From: a virus | Lineage: Duplodnaviria > Caudoviricetes | Virus record (IMG/VR): IMGVR_UViG_3300044266_000349 | Location: 11,149 to 75,148 of that record | DNA length: 64,000 bases | Direction: 5' to 3' (one strand) | In this document: positions 26,002 to 36,182 of the stretch, one piece after another | Position numbering within the stretch: position 1 is the stretch's first letter | Layout of the letters: every line of letters begins with the position of its first letter | Notes under the pieces: model-generated | What the model saw: the letters and a program-made list of their open reading frames with translations, nothing else | Databases searched by the model: none | What the model was told of the DNA's origin: nothing | Translations under genes and position numbers: made by a program

Positions 26002-28844
26002 TAAACAGTAATCAAAAAACATCAATACTCGTACCAACACAGTTGCCCGAATTTATTCGGGACAATCCGGACTATTCCAATTTTGTTTTATTCATCAAGG
26101 CTTACTACGAATGGATGGAACAGAACGGGCAAGTAACCGAACGTTCTAAAAATTTATTAAATTATAAAGACGTTGATAAAACAACAAGTGAGTTCATTGA
26201 TTATTTTACAAACGATTTCTTACCATATTTTCCAAAAGATGTATTGGTAGATGAAGCCAAGGCGGTAAAATTTGCAAGAGAATTGTATCAGTCAAAGGGT
26301 ACACCAGGTTCATATGAATTCCTGTTCCGTGTATTGTATGACTCATCATTCGATATATTTTATACAAGAGATGCCGTACTCAGAGCCTCCGATGGTGTCT
26401 GGTATGTTGCCAAAAGTTTGAAATTAAATTCAAGCGATTTAAATTTTCTAAAGACTAAGAATCTGAGAATCTTAGGTGAGACAACAAAGTCTATTGCTAC
26501 AATAGAAAATACGGTTGTTGCAAAAAATAAAATAGAAGTTTTTATTTCTAACATCGAACGTTTGTTTCAATCTGGAGAATTTGTACGTGTAGTTGACAAT
26601 AAGAATCAAGACGTTCTTTTTAATGGATCACCTCTTCGCGCAAAAATTGTAGGTCAAATAAGTCAAATACTTATCAATCCCAAGAACAGAGGATTGGCCT
26701 ATAAAATTGGCGACCCGGTTATAGTTTATGATGGCTTATCATCAAACACCGGCATAGGTGCAACAGCTCAAGTCAGTGAAGTTACCACAGGATCAGTTAA
26801 AAAAGTTACCGTCTTAACTGGTGGCCAAGGTTTTTCTGCATCAAATGTTTACCCATCTAATACACAATTAGAATTTACGGTCTTCGACGAAGACGCACAG
26901 AAACCTATAGCTATTGTTGGTTCTCTTGACCCGAATGGTGCGAACTCTAGAACCATAAACTTCATAGCGTCAGATACAATTGCATTGAAAAAAGATATAC
27001 CAATCGGTAACAATCATTATTATTTTGCTGCCAATCTAACTGCAAACATTTCATGCTCTTTGGCCAATGCGCTTTCGTTTTTAACACTTACAACTTATCC
27101 ATTATCTTCTATTGTAGTTACAAATGGTGGTGGCGGTATCACTACCAAACCATCATTAGAAGCTAGATCGCTGTACGGTACCGATACACAACAGGGTTCT
27201 AATCTGAAGAACCTTGGCATATTAGGTAAAATTAAAGTTGTCAATGGTGGTTTGGGATATCAAAACAATGATCCGATAGTGTTTACAGGCGGTTCAGGAT
27301 ATGGTGCATCAGCCAGAGTTAGTTCTGTCAATGCGGCCGGTGGAATTATTAATGTATCATTTTATGCAACGACCAGCAAGTATCCTATTGGTGGTATGGG
27401 TTATAAACCAGAATGGATGCCATCTGTAACTGTAAATTCAGCAAATGCGAATGCCACGGGCGCCATATTAACCACAACAGGAATTCTTGGCGACGGCGCA
27501 ACATTCGACATGGTTCTTGACAGAGCAGGTTCAATTACAAAAATTAATGTGATTGATGGCGGTGAAGATTACATTGCAACACCAAATGTTTCTATAAGAG
27601 TACAGGATATCTTAGTAACAAACGTATCCATATCACTGTTACCACAAAAAGGTGAGTTTGTTTATCAAGGTAACAACGCAAACAACACCATCTACCAGTC
27701 GTATGCAGATTCTATGGAATTATTGGTGCCTGATGTGAATCCAAGCAAATCACTATACAAGATGCGAGTATATAATTATAACGCAGCACCAAATCCAAAT
27801 TACACAATCAAAATACAAAATAAGAATATCAATTTTGTGATGGCAAATACAGATTGGAAGCCATCGGGTTATACAAAATCGGTATATGATAAGACTGGTG
27901 TCAGAACATATGGTGACGGAACAGCAAAGGCAAATGCATCGTTCTTAAATGGTCTTGTACTAAGCCAAGGCCAATATTTGAATTCTCAGGGTAGATTGTC
28001 TTCTTTCTCCAAATTGGAAAGTGAAGATTATAACAACTACACCTATGAGATCACCGTACAAAAAGAAATTTCAAAATACAGAGATGTATTATTGAACTTG
28101 TTGCATCCAACTGGCATGAAATTAATTGGCCGTTACGGCAACGTTGTGGACCAAGAGTTCAATCTCCATGCAGAAAGTGCTCTGAAAACAGGACGAAATC
28201 TATATTCGTATACCGGAACAGCAGCATCTGCAATACAAATTTATGCAGATTGGACACACAAGAGTAATAATATACTCAATTTTGTGAACTTGAGTGGCGC
28301 AAACCTGGCAAATATTATTTTTGCAAACAGTACACTTTCATTGAACACTCTAACTGGTCCAGACATTCAAACAGAAATACAGTCGATTGATGCCGCAAAC
28401 AACCAAGTAAAAATAACCAGTAACGTATGGTTAACGTTTATGAATGTTGCATATGTCAGTGCAAATGCTGGTTCGAATGTCATAAATATTAAAACTGTTA
28501 CCAACTCATATGATTTAGTAAACAATGGAAATTATAGTAATACAATGTATCCTATGATGGATATTGTATTCTCAGGTGACAATATCAAGATAGGTAACAC
28601 AGTCAAACAAGTAGATTATGTCGATATTGCACACAATAAAATTTATGTTGCAAATACTTTTGCTGCAAATATAACAAACTCATTAATGTCGGTGAACAGA
28701 ATATTGACTGCTGGCGGACAGTTGCCGCGACAAGATGAAATTATCATTTATGGACCGGTGGGTACACAATACACACCTCAATTGACGACAGAGGCAGGAG
28801 ACTTAATCACAACTGAAGACGGAAGAATTCTAATATTGGGGTAA
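25998..28844 (+). CDS. gp7: baseplate wedge initiator-like protein
   Basis: QLPEFIR, FIKAYYEWME, YxSKGTxxSY.FLFR, HPTGM; follows gp6 with ATGA overlap. Confidence 0.75.
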   Translation: MINSNQKTSILVPTQLPEFIRDNPDYSNFVLFIKAYYEWMEQNGQVTERSKNLLNYKDVDKTTSEFIDYFTNDFLPYFPKDVLVDEAKAVKFARELYQSKGTPGSYEFLFRVLYDSSFDIFYTRDAVLRASDGVWYVAKSLKLNSSDLNFLKTKNLRILGETTKSIATIENTVVAKNKIEVFISNIERLFQSGEFVRVVDNKNQDVLFNGSPLRAKIVGQISQILINPKNRGLAYKIGDPVIVYDGLSSNTGIGATAQVSEVTTGSVKKVTVLTGGQGFSASNVYPSNTQLEFTVFDEDAQKPIAIVGSLDPNGANSRTINFIASDTIALKKDIPIGNNHYYFAANLTANISCSLANALSFLTLTTYPLSSIVVTNGGGGITTKPSLEARSLYGTDTQQGSNLKNLGILGKIKVVNGGLGYQNNDPIVFTGGSGYGASARVSSVNAAGGIINVSFYATTSKYPIGGMGYKPEWMPSVTVNSANANATGAILTTTGILGDGATFDMVLDRAGSITKINVIDGGEDYIATPNVSIRVQDILVTNVSISLLPQKGEFVYQGNNANNTIYQSYADSMELLVPDVNPSKSLYKMRVYNYNAAPNPNYTIKIQNKNINFVMANTDWKPSGYTKSVYDKTGVRTYGDGTAKANASFLNGLVLSQGQYLNSQGRLSSFSKLESEDYNNYTYEITVQKEISKYRDVLLNLLHPTGMKLIGRYGNVVDQEFNLHAESALKTGRNLYSYTGTAASAIQIYADWTHKSNNILNFVNLSGANLANIIFANSTLSLNTLTGPDIQTEIQSIDAANNQVKITSNVWLTFMNVAYVSANAGSNVINIKTVTNSYDLVNNGNYSNTMYPMMDIVFSGDNIKIGNTVKQVDYVDIAHNKIYVANTFAANITNSLMSVNRILTAGGQLPRQDEIIIYGPVGTQYTPQLTTEAGDLITTEDGRILILG

Positions 28845-28847
28845 AAA

Positions 28848-30062
28848 ATGTCCACAGTAAAAATTACAGAATTACCAGCAATCACTCACCTTAACGCGAA
28901 CACATCAAACACATTGTTTGTTGGTGTGGATATTCCTTCAGGTGCCACTGGTAAAATTAGTGCCACAGTGCTTGCACACGGTTTATATTCTAATAATGCA
29001 TTGAATGTTGGTAACAATGATATACTATTCCCTGGTGTTATTGGTCAGTTTGCCAGCAATAATGAAAATTATCTACAAATCAACCTGCAAAACCTAAAAG
29101 GAAATGGGTCATCAGATTTTGTTGCAACAGCTGATATCGGAACAGACACCATTTATTTCACTGATTTAGGTATACAAGGTTCAACAGATACAACTGGAAC
29201 ATTGAAGCCACTTGACGGTTATTTGATTGTACAAGGAAATACGGCTGCCACACCAGGCGGTAATTTGATTGTAGGTGCAGCAACACCAAGTAAAGATATC
29301 TTGTTTGTACAAGGTGGTTATGACGCAAATAACATTGTTGCTAAATTTTCTTACAGTTCTGGATTACAATTACTACAAAAACCGTTGACATTTGCTGACG
29401 GCACCACACAAAATACATCAGTTGCAGCCACAGCAGTCGCTGCAAATACACCAAGTTCTGTTGCAAATACAGGATTATTAGTTGCTACCGCTGCTTTCGT
29501 AGAAGCTAACGCAGCATTTTTACGGGCAAATACACCAAGTTCTGTTGCAAACTCTGCGGCTCTGTATGCAAATGGATCTTTTACACAAGCTAATGCTGCA
29601 TTTAGTAAAGCAAATAACGCACTTGCAAATACCACAGGAACATTTGCTGGTTCATTAACTGTCACTGGTACAATTTCAACTGGAAATGTTACTATCAATA
29701 ATGGTGTGGTGGTAAATGATGCTGGATTATTCCAATATACGACAGCAAACAATTCAACTGTTACACAAGCAACAAGTAAATCTACAGCAGTTACATGTAA
29801 CGGAAGAACTGGCCAAATTACAACGAACAATGCATCGTTAGCAAAAGGCGCTACAGTTTCTTTTACAGTAAATAATGCTCAAATTGTGAGTGCAAAAGAT
29901 GTTGTGATTGTCAACATATCTTCTGGCGCCACATCTTCTTCTTATACAATTTGTGTTGATGCCGTTGCAATAGGATCTTTTAGTATTTCTATTACAAACA
30001 ACGGAGCAGGACCTTTAGCGGAAGCATTAGTAATTAATTATGCAATCATCCGTGTACAATAA
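28848..30062 (+). CDS. virion structural / short fibre-like protein
   Basis: KITELP N-terminus, ANAAF repeats; between gp7 and gp8. Confidence 0.65.
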   Translation: MSTVKITELPAITHLNANTSNTLFVGVDIPSGATGKISATVLAHGLYSNNALNVGNNDILFPGVIGQFASNNENYLQINLQNLKGNGSSDFVATADIGTDTIYFTDLGIQGSTDTTGTLKPLDGYLIVQGNTAATPGGNLIVGAATPSKDILFVQGGYDANNIVAKFSYSSGLQLLQKPLTFADGTTQNTSVAATAVAANTPSSVANTGLLVATAAFVEANAAFLRANTPSSVANSAALYANGSFTQANAAFSKANNALANTTGTFAGSLTVTGTISTGNVTINNGVVVNDAGLFQYTTANNSTVTQATSKSTAVTCNGRTGQITTNNASLAKGATVSFTVNNAQIVSAKDVVIVNISSGATSSSYTICVDAVAIGSFSISITNNGAGPLAEALVINYAIIRVQ

Positions 30063-30068
30063 TAAATA
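30061..30068 (+). promoter_or_regulatory. late promoter AATAAATA (gp8)
   Basis: 7 nt upstream of ATG. Confidence 0.6.
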
Positions 30069-30075
30069 AAACATT

Positions 30076-31482
30076 ATGGCAAAAAAATCACTACTCACGT
30101 ACAATGCAAAAGTAAGTTCTGTTGAGCAGGCTTACTTTTTTCCTTCTGCCGTATTACCATATGCAACGAGTATCAACTTAGGAACGGTATATTGTTTCTT
30201 GGCCAGCACATTGCCGTGGGCTGACGATAATGATCCGCCAGTACCAACGCAAGATCAAAAATATATCAAACAGGTATTCAAAAATATTTTTGCGACTAAG
30301 AGAATAACTTCTGGTGACATATCTCCTGTTGTTGAAAGAATAAATTGGACAACAGGTACTGTATATGATTACTATCAAGACGATGTTGATATGTTGAATC
30401 GTGACGAAAATGGTTTACTGTACAAAAAATTCTATGTAAAAAATCGTTACGACCAAGTATTCAAGTGCCTCTGGAATAATAATGGTGGTACTGTATCGGA
30501 TGAACCATACTTTGAACCAGGAACATATAGCACCAATAATATTTACACAGGCAGTGATGGGTATAAATGGAAATACATGTACACCATCGATACTGGTTTA
30601 AAGGTAAAGTTTATGGATGCCGAATGGATTCCAATTCCTATTGGTGCAAACACTCCAAATCCAGAAACAACTTCTGCTGGTGCAGGCAGTATTGATGTAG
30701 TAAACGTATTGAATGGTGGTTCAGGATATGATGCCGCAAATTCAGTTATAAAGGTGACAATTCTTGGTGACGGATCTAACGCCGAAGCCACACTAAGTTC
30801 TTCTCAAATTGTAAATGGAGTAATTACTGATATCAGTATCACCAATCCTGGTAAAAATTACACCTACGCAAACGTGGTGATTACAGGGACGGCTGCCAAC
30901 GGATCTTCTATGGGCGCAGGCGCAGTAGCAATTTCACCAACATCACCAGTAGGTGGGCATGCATTTGATCCTGTTTCAGAATTAGGTTGTGCTCATGTGA
31001 TGTTCAGTGTAGAATTTATCAGGGACGAAGGTGGAAAAATCCCAACCGATAATAACTATTATCAAATAGGTTTGATTATAAACCCAACAACTAAAGATCA
31101 ACCTTCTATACCGGCCAACAGTTCTGTGTACAGAACTACTACAAACATGGTGGTTGCACCAGGTTTTGGTACATACTCTGATGATGAATTTGTGTTCCAA
31201 ACACCTACACCTGGCGGATCAATTGATGCTGCAACATTTAAAGCCACAGTATTGAGTTTTGATACAGCAACCAATACGGTAAAGTTAATAAATATGGTCG
31301 GCACTCCAGTTTTAAATGCTCCTCTATACGGAAATTCTTCAGGAACAACAAGAACGTTACTGTCTGTAGATGCACCAACATATTCATTGTTATCTGGTTA
31401 TATGACTTACATAGAAAACAGAAGTGGTGTACAAAGAAGCCCAGACGGTATAGAACAATATAAATTTGTACTAGGTTACTAA
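30076..31482 (+). CDS. gp8: baseplate wedge subunit
   Basis: VVERINWTTGTVYDYY, VFKCLWN, DGYxWKYMYTI, YIENR. Confidence 0.88.
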   Translation: MAKKSLLTYNAKVSSVEQAYFFPSAVLPYATSINLGTVYCFLASTLPWADDNDPPVPTQDQKYIKQVFKNIFATKRITSGDISPVVERINWTTGTVYDYYQDDVDMLNRDENGLLYKKFYVKNRYDQVFKCLWNNNGGTVSDEPYFEPGTYSTNNIYTGSDGYKWKYMYTIDTGLKVKFMDAEWIPIPIGANTPNPETTSAGAGSIDVVNVLNGGSGYDAANSVIKVTILGDGSNAEATLSSSQIVNGVITDISITNPGKNYTYANVVITGTAANGSSMGAGAVAISPTSPVGGHAFDPVSELGCAHVMFSVEFIRDEGGKIPTDNNYYQIGLIINPTTKDQPSIPANSSVYRTTTNMVVAPGFGTYSDDEFVFQTPTPGGSIDAATFKATVLSFDTATNTVKLINMVGTPVLNAPLYGNSSGTTRTLLSVDAPTYSLLSGYMTYIENRSGVQRSPDGIEQYKFVLGY

Positions 31483-31491
31483 GGGAAAAAA

Positions 31492-34400
31492 ATGCTGAAT
31501 TTTAATGTCAAGCCATATTACGATGATTTCGATGAAACAAAAAACTATCATCGTGTCCTTTTTAAACCAGGTTTTGCCGTTCAAGCACGTGAGTTGACTC
31601 AGGCACAAACAATATTACAAAATCAAGTCACTAAATTTGCCGACCATATCTTTGCACAAAATTCTCCCGTTTCTGGTGGCCAACTTACAGTCAATACAAA
31701 TTGTTATTATGTAAAATTGCAAGACACTTACAATGGTGTTTCTGTTGATATTCAACAATTCAAAGGTCTATTAGTTAAAAATAATAATGGTTCTGTTCTT
31801 GCTCGCGTTATTGCAATAGCTGATGCAACAGGCGGTGATCCTCCTACACTGGTACTTTCTTATCTAAGTGGACCAAAATTTGCCGATAATGATATCGTCT
31901 ACGATGTTAATTCCAATTTGGCGGCTCGCGCATTACTTACCGGATCCACTGGTGTAAGTTCGACAGCCCACATCACACAAGGTGTATTCTATGTGTTGGG
32001 CAACTTTGTATCAAATATTGAAGATACGGTTATTCTTTCCAAATATAGTTCTGTACCATCCGTTCGTGTTGGTCTGAACATCAATGAAACAATCCACGAT
32101 TATGTGGATGACTCTTCACTACTAGATCCTGCGGTTGGTGCATCCAATTATCAAGCACCAGGTGCAGACCGTTACATGATTCAACTGACGTTGGAAACCA
32201 GACCTATTGCGTTTGGTGACGATCAGACATTCATCGAACTTCTTCGTATAGAAAATGGCCAAATTGTACGTAAGGTAGACAGTTCGGTATATTCAGTCAT
32301 CGATGACTACTTTGCAAAAAGAACTTACGATACCAACGGTGATTATGTTGTCAACGATTTTAGTTTGGTAACAAAAACAAACGACGATCCAACAAAATAC
32401 ACCATGAACATTGGCAAAGGTATAGCCTATGTTCACGGATACCGCATTGAAAACCAGAGCACATTGGGATTAGCATCTAACCGCGCAAGAGATACTGCTG
32501 CACAAAATAATAATCCTGTTTATGTGGACTACGGAAGTTATTTGTATGTCAACAATCTTCGTGGTGCAAATGGTTCCGTTTTTGATGTTTCAACCACACA
32601 AGCCATCGATCTACATTGTGTATCAGTAGCAAACATTAATTCTACAAATACTGCCACATATAATGCGACAGTAGTATCGAGTGGTTACGTTCGCGGTTTA
32701 ACTTTCGATAACTACACATCACAATCGGATGCAAATAGTTATACATATAAAGCTTTCGTTAATGACCTTCAAAATGCAGTTGCAACAGCAAACGCAATCG
32801 CTGGCGGTACCAACACAATCACATTGCCTGGAACTTATTCAACCACAAGCAATGCATATCTTGGTGTAACGATCTCGATTACTGCTGGCCCATCAGCCGG
32901 AGATTTCAGAACGATTGCATCATATAACGGAGCAACCAGAGTTGCCACAGTTAATAGCCCTTGGACAACAACACCAAACACTGCATCCGTATTTGCATTG
33001 AATTTTGCTTTGAGTGATGCAGAATCGATGGTCACCTCCAACACTGCACACTATATCCTTTCGAGTGCTGCACTGTCAACCACACAAGGTCGTAGCAACG
33101 GTACATCATCAGGTGATGCGATTTTACAAAATCCTAATGTGCCAGAAATGTTGTTCCATGTAGGCATGCCATACGTATCATACTTGGCAGACAGTTCATA
33201 CACCGCCACACAAATGTTCCGTGGCATTACGTTCACATCATCTGGTAGCAATTTGGTTGCACAATTACCATTTGGTGGTGATTACACTAATGTCATGCGA
33301 CATTTAGGTACCGGTGGTACTACGTTGTCGGCAGATACAGTTACACAAAACTTCTTAGTGGTAGTAACAAATAAAGGATCCAGCAATTATAATGTTGGTG
33401 ATCTGTTGCCCTGGACAATTAATAGCAGAACAGTTACATTAAATTCGGACGGATCTATTGCCACGTTGACAGGCACATCAGCCGATCTTGGTGGAACATT
33501 TACAGCAACAGTTATTGTTAAGGCCTTTGTATCAAATGCAGACAACACTGGTCATATTCTGAAGAGAAAAAATCTAATCACTGCAAACACACAGAAAGTT
33601 ATCTCTTCATCAAATACTGCCGTGAACAATGGAACATACACATACATTGATGACACAGCTCTCACATCTTCAGGTCAAGTCTACATTCAAAATGCAGGCC
33701 TTGTTTCTCCAGGAAGCAAGCAGAGTTTATATGTGTCTGATGTTAAAAAGATCATTAAGATTATTGATACTAAAAATGCAAACAACACACCTAACGTAGC
33801 CATGTTGACTGATTCCAGTTACGATGTGACACGTAATTTTATATTTGACAATGGTCAAAGAGATAGTTTCTACGATCACGCCTCAGTTAAATTAAAAGTA
33901 GGTGCACCAAAAATACAAGGTAACATGCTTGTATTGATGGATTATTATCAGCACACAGGCGGCGATGGTTATTTCAGTGTCATGTCTTATTTGAATTCTT
34001 CTCTACCAGAAGATTATCGTGAAATTGGAACATACACCGCAAAGAGTGGTGCAACGTACCAACTCAGAGATTCTCTAGATTTCAGACCATCTAGACAAAA
34101 CGGCGTTTACTCTTTTGCTTTCCGTTATTCAAATTCGGGTGACACACAGCGTTATGGTACAATATTACCATTAGAAGACTCAACGTTTATCACTGATTAC
34201 CAATACTATTTGGCTCGTAAAGACAAATTGGTATTAAGTAAAGACAGAAGCTTCCAAATTGTGGAAGGTTCTTCTTCTATCAATCCTATTTTTCCACCAG
34301 AGCCAGACAATTCTCTACTGATTGCAAATATCATACATGATCCATATACAGGTTATTTGCCGTCAGAAGCTCCTGCTGGTGTCAAGCCAAATATTTCAAT

Positions 34401-36156
34401 TGAGCCAATCAAACACAAACGATACACAATGCAGGACATTGCAGCTATCGATCAAAGAATTGGTAATTTGGAATACTATACATCGTTAAATCTATTGGAA
34501 CAACAGACACAGGCCTTACAAATCACCGATGCGTATGGTTTGAATCGTTTCAAGAATGGTATTGTTGTTGATAACTTCTCAGGTTTCGTTGCGGCAGATT
34601 CTGCAAGTGATGATTTCTTGGCTTCAATTAATCGCAGAGAAAGAAAAATGGGACCAATGCAATTGGTTAAAAATTTCCCACTGAAATCTTTGGATGTCAC
34701 AACAACTTGGGGTGGGCAATTCTCACCAACAGCACTAGCATCATTAACTTATTCCGTTGAGAATGATGGCGTTAATAAAATTTTCTGTTTGCCATACACA
34801 ACAGCAAATGTTGCATCACAAAAGGTTGCAAGCCGCAGTTTCAATTTGAATCCGTTTAGTGTGGTAAATCGTAAAGGTGATTTGAGTGTAACTCCGAATA
34901 TTGGAAAACCAAGCGTAAATATATTACCTGTTGTGCAACCAAACAATCCTGCTGTTGGCCCGTCAACATCTGGTCAAGATTGCACGGACGAAACATACTG
35001 GCAACCAGGTTCTGGATGGGGTGCCGGCGGTGAACTGTATTTTGGTGAATGGGTGACGCATACAGTTTGTTTACCAAAAAATCCTGTGACAACAGGAGAT
35101 TGGAAAACTTCCACAACTGGTACACAAACAACTACATCAACCACAACCACAAATACACCAACGTATAATTGGAAAGTAACTGGCCAAAATCAATCTAATG
35201 GAACAGATAATAATGATGGCACATTTACATCATTTAATAATTATATCAAAGATAATTTGGTTAGCAGTTATTTAAATGGTCAACAATTTGGAATCACTGG
35301 TGATAATTTACTAATTAATGCACCAGTTTCTGGAACATTAAGTGATGATCCATTCGCATTCAAAACTGCGAATCCAATTGATGTAACTGTGACACCGATT
35401 TTAGACAATCCTATGGTTGGTCAAACAATTTTTAATGGAAGTAATAATCCAATTGGTCAAATATTAGCCACATCTCCAAATGTTGATGGAACTACCACAT
35501 TACATATTGACATTCACCCTTCAAATTATGGTCTAAATGATGGTGATACGATTTATGCTGGTGGTTTTAATTTGAATTCAACATCAACGCATCCTGATAC
35601 ACAGTTTTGGACAGGAAAAATTGCTGGTGTTAAAGACTTTACAACAACAGTGAACAGTCAACCAACTCCAACATCAGTTACATTGAATAGTCCAAATGTT
35701 GCTGATGCGGTACAAAATTTAATTGGTACAGCTACACCACCGACATTGACTTTCTGGAATCCACAAACTGGTGATTCAACAACAGCAACTGTGACAAATT
35801 ACAATTCTGGTACACAAGTGGCAACTTTGGACACTAGTGTTACTGTGACTTCAGGTACATTGTGTTCATTCTCTCCCGTCACAAGCAATTTAGGAATAGT
35901 TGCAGGTGTTGCAGTTATTCAACCAGATACCTATACTGCTGGCCCTCTAGTTATCAAAGATACTTCAAGTGGCACCAAAGCATTGGCTACAGTGTTCTCT
36001 GGCAGCTTTATAAACTCTTCATTACAAACAGATACATCAGCGGCACCAGGTGGAAAAACATCCGCATTTGCATCGGTTGCTAGTGGACCAACAGATGTTG
36101 GAACATTTAATGTGGACACTGGATTTACTTTTGGAAATCTGGACACTATCGCTTAA
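31492..36156 (+). CDS. large virion structural protein (DUF4815-type), N-terminal part
   Basis: NVxPYYDDF...VLFKPGxAVQARELTQ, NYQAPGADR, YFAKRTYDTNGDY, EYYTSLNLLE, RFKNGIxVDNF. Confidence 0.8.
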   Translation: MLNFNVKPYYDDFDETKNYHRVLFKPGFAVQARELTQAQTILQNQVTKFADHIFAQNSPVSGGQLTVNTNCYYVKLQDTYNGVSVDIQQFKGLLVKNNNGSVLARVIAIADATGGDPPTLVLSYLSGPKFADNDIVYDVNSNLAARALLTGSTGVSSTAHITQGVFYVLGNFVSNIEDTVILSKYSSVPSVRVGLNINETIHDYVDDSSLLDPAVGASNYQAPGADRYMIQLTLETRPIAFGDDQTFIELLRIENGQIVRKVDSSVYSVIDDYFAKRTYDTNGDYVVNDFSLVTKTNDDPTKYTMNIGKGIAYVHGYRIENQSTLGLASNRARDTAAQNNNPVYVDYGSYLYVNNLRGANGSVFDVSTTQAIDLHCVSVANINSTNTATYNATVVSSGYVRGLTFDNYTSQSDANSYTYKAFVNDLQNAVATANAIAGGTNTITLPGTYSTTSNAYLGVTISITAGPSAGDFRTIASYNGATRVATVNSPWTTTPNTASVFALNFALSDAESMVTSNTAHYILSSAALSTTQGRSNGTSSGDAILQNPNVPEMLFHVGMPYVSYLADSSYTATQMFRGITFTSSGSNLVAQLPFGGDYTNVMRHLGTGGTTLSADTVTQNFLVVVTNKGSSNYNVGDLLPWTINSRTVTLNSDGSIATLTGTSADLGGTFTATVIVKAFVSNADNTGHILKRKNLITANTQKVISSSNTAVNNGTYTYIDDTALTSSGQVYIQNAGLVSPGSKQSLYVSDVKKIIKIIDTKNANNTPNVAMLTDSSYDVTRNFIFDNGQRDSFYDHASVKLKVGAPKIQGNMLVLMDYYQHTGGDGYFSVMSYLNSSLPEDYREIGTYTAKSGATYQLRDSLDFRPSRQNGVYSFAFRYSNSGDTQRYGTILPLEDSTFITDYQYYLARKDKLVLSKDRSFQIVEGSSSINPIFPPEPDNSLLIANIIHDPYTGYLPSEAPAGVKPNISIEPIKHKRYTMQDIAAIDQRIGNLEYYTSLNLLEQQTQALQITDAYGLNRFKNGIVVDNFSGFVAADSASDDFLASINRRERKMGPMQLVKNFPLKSLDVTTTWGGQFSPTALASLTYSVENDGVNKIFCLPYTTANVASQKVASRSFNLNPFSVVNRKGDLSVTPNIGKPSVNILPVVQPNNPAVGPSTSGQDCTDETYWQPGSGWGAGGELYFGEWVTHTVCLPKNPVTTGDWKTSTTGTQTTTSTTTTNTPTYNWKVTGQNQSNGTDNNDGTFTSFNNYIKDNLVSSYLNGQQFGITGDNLLINAPVSGTLSDDPFAFKTANPIDVTVTPILDNPMVGQTIFNGSNNPIGQILATSPNVDGTTTLHIDIHPSNYGLNDGDTIYAGGFNLNSTSTHPDTQFWTGKIAGVKDFTTTVNSQPTPTSVTLNSPNVADAVQNLIGTATPPTLTFWNPQTGDSTTATVTNYNSGTQVATLDTSVTVTSGTLCSFSPVTSNLGIVAGVAVIQPDTYTAGPLVIKDTSSGTKALATVFSGSFINSSLQTDTSAAPGGKTSAFASVASGPTDVGTFNVDTGFTFGNLDTIA

Positions 36157-36182
36157 ATAAGAAATAAAACTTGGAGTAAATA

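Noticed and set aside
28422-28429. CATAAATA inside gp7
   Set aside because: About 420 bp from the next start in AT-rich coding DNA; likely chance.
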